Shown here: positions 58,542-64,000 of the stretch, piece by piece
Layout: the number at the start of each line of letters is the position of its first letter
Numbering within the stretch: the first letter of the stretch is position 1
Source: an uncultured Verrucomicrobiae bacterium
GTDB taxonomy: Bacteria; Verrucomicrobiota; Verrucomicrobiia; Limisphaerales; Palsa-1400
Assembly: GCA_963702845.1 (NCBI GenBank)
Contig: OY969763.1
Span: forward strand, 1,952,001-2,016,000
Length of the DNA stretch: 64,000 bases
Reading direction: 5' to 3'
Notes under the pieces: model-generated
What the model saw: only the letters and a program-made list of their open reading frames with translations
Told to the model about the DNA's origin: nothing
Databases searched by the model: none
Translations under genes and position numbers: made by a program

Positions 58542-60068
58542 GTGTTATCCAGAGTTTTTTCGGCTGCTGTCAATGGAATTGAAGCCTTTCCCGTGGAAGT
58601 GGAAGTTAATGCGGGGTGGGGTGATACCATTATTGTGATCGTCGGGTTGCCAGATGCCGCGGTGAAGGAATCGCGCGATCGGGTTATGACCGCGCTTTCT
58701 AATTCGGGTTACACGTTCCCGATGGGGCGCGTGACTATCAATCTCGCGCCGGCCGATGTGCGTAAGGAAGGGCCGAGTTTTGATTTGCCGATTGCCATCG
58801 GGATGCTGGCGGCGAGTGAACAGATTGAAACGAATCAGCTCGATAATTTTGCGATGGTCGGCGAGCTGGCGCTGACTGGTGCGCTTCGGTCGGTTAAAGG
58901 TGTTTTACCGATTGCCTTGCAGGCGCGAGCGGAGAAAAAGGCGGGGTTGATTGTTCCGTTTGAAAATGCGGCTGAAGCTGCCGTGGTTGAAGGGTTGAAT
59001 GTTATTCCGGTGAGGAATCTTCGCGAAGCGGCCACGTTTCTTGAAGGGGATACGGAAATTTTACCGGCAAAAGTTGATCTCGAAAAAATCTTCGAACATC
59101 GATACGATGAAGAAGCGGATTTCGCGGATGTCAAAGGTCAGGAGTCGGTTAAACGCGCTTTGGAAATCGCGGCTGCGGGCGGGCACAATGTTCTTTTGAT
59201 CGGGCCGCCCGGCACCGGGAAATCGATGCTCGCGAAACGTTTTGCAAGCATTCTGCCGCCGCTCAGTTTGGAGGAGGCTCTCCAGACGACGAAGATTCAC
59301 AGCATCGTCGGCTTGCTCAAACCCGGTCAGGCTTTGGTGACGCAGCGGCCGTTTCGCGCGCCGCACCACACCGCGAGCGACGCGGGTCTGCTCGGTGGAA
59401 ATGCGAATCCGACGCCGGGCGAAATTTCGCTGGCGCACAATGGCGTTTTGTTCCTCGACGAATTGCCGGAATTCAAACGAAGCGTTTTGGAAACGATGCG
59501 GCAGCCGTTGGAGGAAGGATATGTCACGATTTCGCGTGCCGCGGGCACAATGACGTTTCCATCGGAGTTCATGCTCGTGGCGGCGATGAATCCGACTCCA
59601 GACGGAAAAATGCCGGGCGAGTCCCGCAGTTCTCCGCGAGAGATTCAAAATTATCTTGGGCGCATTTCGGGGCCATTGCTTGACCGTATCGATTTGCACG
59701 TGGAAGTGCCGCAGGTGAAGTTCCGCGAGATTTCCTCTGAACGCACGGGCGAGAGTTCGGCTGATATCCGCCAGCGCGTTATCGCCGCGCGAGAAATTCA
59801 GCAGGCACGTTTCGCGAGCAAGAAGTCGATCACGTGCAATGCCCGCATGGGCACACGCGAGTTGAAGGCGTATTGTGCGCTGGATGAGCACACGAAGGAG
59901 TTGCTGAAGTTTGCGATGGCTGATCTCAATTTGAGTGCTCGCGCTTACGATCGTGTGCTGAAAGTGGCGCGCACGATTGCGGATCTCTCCGGTAAACCGA
60001 ATGTCACCAGCGAACATGTTTCTGAAGCGATTCAATATCGATCGTTGGATCGGCAGTTGTGGATTTGA
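58542..60068 (+). CDS. comM: ComM/YifB Mg-chelatase-like AAA+ ATPase
   Basis: IVGLPDAAVKESRDRV, GPPGTGKS, RAPHHTAS, LFLDELPEF, SGPLLDRID. Confidence 0.95.
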   Translation: MLSRVFSAAVNGIEAFPVEVEVNAGWGDTIIVIVGLPDAAVKESRDRVMTALSNSGYTFPMGRVTINLAPADVRKEGPSFDLPIAIGMLAASEQIETNQLDNFAMVGELALTGALRSVKGVLPIALQARAEKKAGLIVPFENAAEAAVVEGLNVIPVRNLREAATFLEGDTEILPAKVDLEKIFEHRYDEEADFADVKGQESVKRALEIAAAGGHNVLLIGPPGTGKSMLAKRFASILPPLSLEEALQTTKIHSIVGLLKPGQALVTQRPFRAPHHTASDAGLLGGNANPTPGEISLAHNGVLFLDELPEFKRSVLETMRQPLEEGYVTISRAAGTMTFPSEFMLVAAMNPTPDGKMPGESRSSPREIQNYLGRISGPLLDRIDLHVEVPQVKFREISSERTGESSADIRQRVIAAREIQQARFASKKSITCNARMGTRELKAYCALDEHTKELLKFAMADLNLSARAYDRVLKVARTIADLSGKPNVTSEHVSEAIQYRSLDRQLWI

Positions 60069-61225
60069 CCACTTTTTGTGTGTTGGTCGCGTCATTTCTG
60101 GCGGCGGCCTGGACGGGAATGGCGGAGCAAGCCGCGAACAAGCCTACGACGATTCCAGCCCCGCAGGCAGTGAAGACGTCAATACTGGTGGGCGCCCAAA
60201 ACTGTCCGCTGTGGGAAACTAACTCCCCGGGAATGTGGGATCAGGTCGTGAAACATCCCGAACGCACGCCGACACTCGGCTTCTACGACCAGAGCAATCC
60301 GGAAGTGGCGGATTGGGAAACTAAATGGGCTGTTGAGCATGGTATCAACTTTTTTGTTTATTGCTGGTATCGCGCCAGCAAAGGCGATGCGGTGGAAACG
60401 AGATTTGGTTCCGCGATTGATGCGCTATTGAAATCCAAATTCGCGCCGCAGTTCAAATTCTCCATCATGTGGGAAAACCAGGGGCGCGATGTGAAAACGT
60501 GGGGCAGGTCCGGTGTATCCGGGGAGAAGGACTTGCTCAATAATCTGATGCCTTTTTGGATTACCAATTATTTTACTCAGGTCTGCTACCTCAAGATCGA
60601 TAACAAGCCGCTACTGTTCATCTATGATGCGCACAAGCTAGCGGCTGACCTTGGAGGCGCAACCAACGTGGCAAAGGCCTTCGAGCAAATGCGGGAACGC
60701 TGTCGGCGCGCCGGTTTTGCCGGGCTTTACATTTTGGGCGAATACCGCGGCCTCGACGTGAACGAACTGCGGTTCAGGAAGCAATTGGGGTTCGACTATA
60801 CATTTGCGTATATCTGGCCAATCACTGAGCCGCAACGGGCAATCGGGATGCAAATGGATTTCATCCGCAAACGGCGTGCGTTGGATATTTTGCCGACGGT
60901 TTTCACAGTGTCGCAGGGTTGGACGGGCTGGCAAAACGAAGGGCCGTTTTACCGGCTTCCGCCGAAAGACTTCGAAGGCCTGTTGCGGCAGGTCAAAGAA
61001 ATCATCGCGACCATGCCGAGCAAGGAATTGGGGAGCAAGCTGCTGCTGCTGGATAATTGGAACGAGTGGAGCGAGGGACACTACATCGCCCCTCATCGCG
61101 AATATGGATTTGGCTACCTGGACGCGGTGCGGCGGGTGTTCGCTGACGCCCCGGAGAAACACACGGATTTGATACCGTCCGACATGGGGCTCGGGCCATA
61201 TGATTCAGCGTACAGGAGGCACTGA
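60059..61225 (+). CDS. GH99-like / WbsX-family glycoside hydrolase domain protein
   Basis: PTLGFYD, AVEHGINFFVYCWY, YLKIDNKP, DNWNEWSEGHYIAP. Confidence 0.85.
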   Translation: MDLTTFCVLVASFLAAAWTGMAEQAANKPTTIPAPQAVKTSILVGAQNCPLWETNSPGMWDQVVKHPERTPTLGFYDQSNPEVADWETKWAVEHGINFFVYCWYRASKGDAVETRFGSAIDALLKSKFAPQFKFSIMWENQGRDVKTWGRSGVSGEKDLLNNLMPFWITNYFTQVCYLKIDNKPLLFIYDAHKLAADLGGATNVAKAFEQMRERCRRAGFAGLYILGEYRGLDVNELRFRKQLGFDYTFAYIWPITEPQRAIGMQMDFIRKRRALDILPTVFTVSQGWTGWQNEGPFYRLPPKDFEGLLRQVKEIIATMPSKELGSKLLLLDNWNEWSEGHYIAPHREYGFGYLDAVRRVFADAPEKHTDLIPSDMGLGPYDSAYRRH

Positions 61226-61266
61226 GGCCAGACTCAGGGAAAAACGCAACTATTAGTCGACAGCGG

Positions 61267-62268
61267 GTGATATTTAGTGGAAGGTCTGCGGTGCTGAGAG
61301 CCGGTAAAGATTTGATATTAGCAACCAAGCGTTACGCTGCGGAATCCTCGTGGCGAAGCTGGTGGTGCGTTGTTTCCACAGCCCTCCTTTTGCTTGCTGC
61401 ATTTGCGGGGACGCTTTGGAATTTTCATTGGGCGGGCAAATTACTTTGCAGTGTTTTCGCGGGCCTCCTCATTCTTCGGCTATTTGTCATCTACCACGAT
61501 CAACAGCACCATGCGATCCTGGCCCGTTCACGCCTGGCTGAAATCTTTATGCGGATGTTCGGGGTGCTGACTCTCAGCCCAAGCAGCATTTGGCGAAGCT
61601 CGCACAATTATCATCACAATCACAATTCGCGGCTGCGTGGTTCGCATATCGGTTCGTTCCCGATCATGACCAAGGCTCAATATATTAAGTGTTCGAAATC
61701 CGAACGGTTTGTCTACCTGTTCATGCGGCATCCGTTGACGATTCTATTTGGGTATCCTGTCATGTTTTTATACGGGATGTGTTTGGGTCCTTGCATAACG
61801 AATCCCCGGAAACACTACGACTGTGGGATTGCGTTTGTCGTTCACATCGCAATCTCCGTTGGGCTAGTCTATTTCGCCGGGTGGTCGTCTCTGGTGTTTA
61901 CGCAAGTCATTCCGCATTTCGTCGCCAGTGCGATTGGATGTTATCTGTTCTACGCGCAGCATAATTTTCCTGGCGTTTCTTTTAACGACAAGGCGGGGTG
62001 GACATACGAAAAAGCTGCATTGGAATCGTCGAGCTATATCAAAACCGGACCGATCTGGGCGTGGTTTACGGCGAATATCGGATATCATCATATCCACCAC
62101 TTAAACGATCACATCCCGTTTTATCGATTGCCCGAAGTCTTCGCGCAAATCCCGGAGCTTGGTTCTCCAAAAACAACTTCGCTTCATCCCTTCGATATCG
62201 TTCGCTGCCTGCGTTTGAAGGTTTGGGACGCTGATGCCCAGAAGATGGTCGGCGTAGCGAACCTGTAA
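61267..62268 (+). CDS. Membrane fatty acid desaturase
   Basis: His boxes HDQQH, HNYHH and HHIHH. Confidence 0.92.
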   Translation: MIFSGRSAVLRAGKDLILATKRYAAESSWRSWWCVVSTALLLLAAFAGTLWNFHWAGKLLCSVFAGLLILRLFVIYHDQQHHAILARSRLAEIFMRMFGVLTLSPSSIWRSSHNYHHNHNSRLRGSHIGSFPIMTKAQYIKCSKSERFVYLFMRHPLTILFGYPVMFLYGMCLGPCITNPRKHYDCGIAFVVHIAISVGLVYFAGWSSLVFTQVIPHFVASAIGCYLFYAQHNFPGVSFNDKAGWTYEKAALESSSYIKTGPIWAWFTANIGYHHIHHLNDHIPFYRLPEVFAQIPELGSPKTTSLHPFDIVRCLRLKVWDADAQKMVGVANL

Positions 62269-62352
62269 ATATAGGGCGTCGATCTCTTCCGTACTTTCCA
62301 ATTCAAATCTTTTCTTTGCTGGTGAGTGTCCGTTAGTCTGGCCGCCCATTTC

Positions 62353-64000
62353 ATGAGAAGAGTCCAGTTTGTTGTTTTGTCGGTAACGCTGCTGTTGCTT
62401 GGCGGTTGTATTCGTTCGGAAAGTAAAACGAAGTTCCAAACGGTCAACGCCACCGGGATTTCAGTCCCGGTGAACCAAACGCTCACGCCTGCCGGCCTTC
62501 AAATCGAACTCACCGGTGCGCGGCCGCAAGTGATCGCGGTTAGTCCTGATTGCCAGTTGCTCGTCACCTCGGCGCGCAATGAGTTGGTGATATTAAATCC
62601 GCAAACGGGCCAGATTCTTCAGCGGGTGGCTTTGCCGCGCGACGAAGTGCAGAACAACACGACGAACGTCGTTTCAACTGAGATCATTCATCCTGACGCC
62701 AACGCGCAAGCGAGCTACAACGGCTTGATTTTCTCGGCGGATGGTAAACGCATTTATCTTTCGAACGTCCGAGGGGACATCAAAGTTTTTGCCGTTGAGC
62801 CAAATCACAAAGTCCGAGCGCTGTATTCTATCAAGCTGCCGCATCCGCCGCATTCCGGACGTTCGGAAATCCCGGCGGGTCTGGCGCTGTCGCGCGATGG
62901 CCAGCGACTTTACGTGGCTGGGAACTTGTCCAATCGGCTCCTCGAAATTGATGTCACGACTGGCAAAACGCTTCGCACCATTGCTGTCGGTGCCCTGCCT
63001 TATGACGTCGCGTTGGTCGGTGAGAAATTATTCGTAAGCAATTGGGGTGGTCGTCAATTCGCGCACGAGGGTAAATCGGGGCCCGCAGGGCAGGGCACGA
63101 TCGTTCGCGTCGACCCTGTTCGTTACATTGCCGATGATGGGTCGGTTTCTGTTGTTGATCTCGCGACGGGTAAGGTTGAAAAGGAAATCGTCACCGGCGC
63201 TCGAGCGACTGGTTTGGCGGTGTCGCCTGACCAGAAATACGTCGCTGTTGCTGACGTCGGTGCTGACGCGGTCAGCGTTATCGATGTTCGCAGTCTAGCG
63301 GTCGTTGAAACGATCCCGCTACGCTGGCAGCCGAAAGATCTTTTCGGCGCGAGCCCTGATGCGCTTGTGTTCGATGATTCGGGCAAGCGCCTCTACGTCT
63401 GCAACGCAACGCAGAACGCGATTGCAGCGGTCGACTTCTCTCCGGGCAAATCACATCTGGTCGGACTGATCCCAACCGGTTGGTTTCCCGGTGCGATCGA
63501 CTTCGATCAAAAGCATAGCAAGCTGTGTGTCGCAAATGTGAAAGGGATTGGTTCCGGAATGGATGTCGTGCCGGGCAAAAAGGTGGAACTCAATTCGCAT
63601 CAATGGCGGGGCACGATTGAAATTATCGACGAGCCGAGTGAGCGCCGGTTGGTCAAATATACCCAGGCGGTTTTGCAAAACTACGGCCATGCTGCGATGG
63701 AAGCGGCGATGCTGCCGCCTCGTGAAGGGGTCGCGGCGAAACCCGTTCCGGAGCGCGCCGGTGAACCGTCCGTGTTCAAACACGTTCTCTACATCATCAA
63801 AGAAAACCGCACCTACGACCAGGTCCTGGGCGACATGAAGGAAGGTAATGGCGATTCGCACCTTTGCATCTTCGGCGAGAAAATAACCCCGAACCAACAC
63901 AAGCTCTCCCGCGAATTTGTATTGCTCGATAACACGCGTTGTTCCGGTGCTGTTAGCGCCGATGGTCATCAATGGACGGACAGCGCGTTTGCCACTGATT
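62353..64000 (+). CDS. YncE/YVTN beta-propeller + alkaline phosphatase-like lipoprotein (runs off the window)
   Basis: My translation: MRRVQFVVLSVTLLLLGGC...; propeller repeats; IPTGWFPG; FKHVLYIIKENRTYDQVLGD. Confidence 0.9.
   Translation, partial: MRRVQFVVLSVTLLLLGGCIRSESKTKFQTVNATGISVPVNQTLTPAGLQIELTGARPQVIAVSPDCQLLVTSARNELVILNPQTGQILQRVALPRDEVQNNTTNVVSTEIIHPDANAQASYNGLIFSADGKRIYLSNVRGDIKVFAVEPNHKVRALYSIKLPHPPHSGRSEIPAGLALSRDGQRLYVAGNLSNRLLEIDVTTGKTLRTIAVGALPYDVALVGEKLFVSNWGGRQFAHEGKSGPAGQGTIVRVDPVRYIADDGSVSVVDLATGKVEKEIVTGARATGLAVSPDQKYVAVADVGADAVSVIDVRSLAVVETIPLRWQPKDLFGASPDALVFDDSGKRLYVCNATQNAIAAVDFSPGKSHLVGLIPTGWFPGAIDFDQKHSKLCVANVKGIGSGMDVVPGKKVELNSHQWRGTIEIIDEPSERRLVKYTQAVLQNYGHAAMEAAMLPPREGVAAKPVPERAGEPSVFKHVLYIIKENRTYDQVLGDMKEGNGDSHLCIFGEKITPNQHKLSREFVLLDNTRCSGAVSADGHQWTDSAFATD

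Noticed and set aside
58355..58630. N-terminal extensions of the sigma factor and comM ORFs that overlap each other
   Set aside because: Family motifs begin at 58354 (-) and 58542 (+); the extensions are longest-ORF artefacts.
58542..60068. comM as the island insertion site
   Set aside because: comM is a known hotspot, but the gene here is uninterrupted and separated from the island by the sigma factor gene.
59061..60095. 344-aa antisense ORF and other long shadow ORFs
   Set aside because: They lie opposite well-supported genes and have no recognisable motifs.

Overview
Bases ~1-56,900 are a large accessory island. Bases ~57,000-64,000 are ordinary chromosomal genes (ECF sigma factor, comM, GH99/WbsX-like hydrolase, desaturase, beta-propeller phosphatase). 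Gene style suggests a Verrucomicrobiota host (inference). The island carries (i) a CapP/CapH-like regulator pair divergent from a Ubl-E2-JAB/E1 operon followed by a CD-NTase + SLATT CBASS; (ii) two paralogous five-gene Ig-HEAT-LamG-RHS-immunity modules, each divergent from a large serine recombinase gene or remnant; and (iii) many defence-like singletons. The most striking feature is an integron-like cassette array built on a large serine recombinase (39742-41313, minus strand). The last ~47 codons of the recombinase recur as promoterless, still-open copies (36092-36235, 37772-37912). These copies delimit 1677 and 1973 bp units of [conserved spacer with 14-bp palindrome - nuclease-like cargo - leaderless HTH gene - spare recombinase C-terminus]. 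A second family of orphan recombinase-like tails occurs at ~8.2, 27.6 and 34.3 kb. Six single-base frameshifts suggest indel-prone assembly or decay. All calls come from reading motifs by eye; no database search was run.
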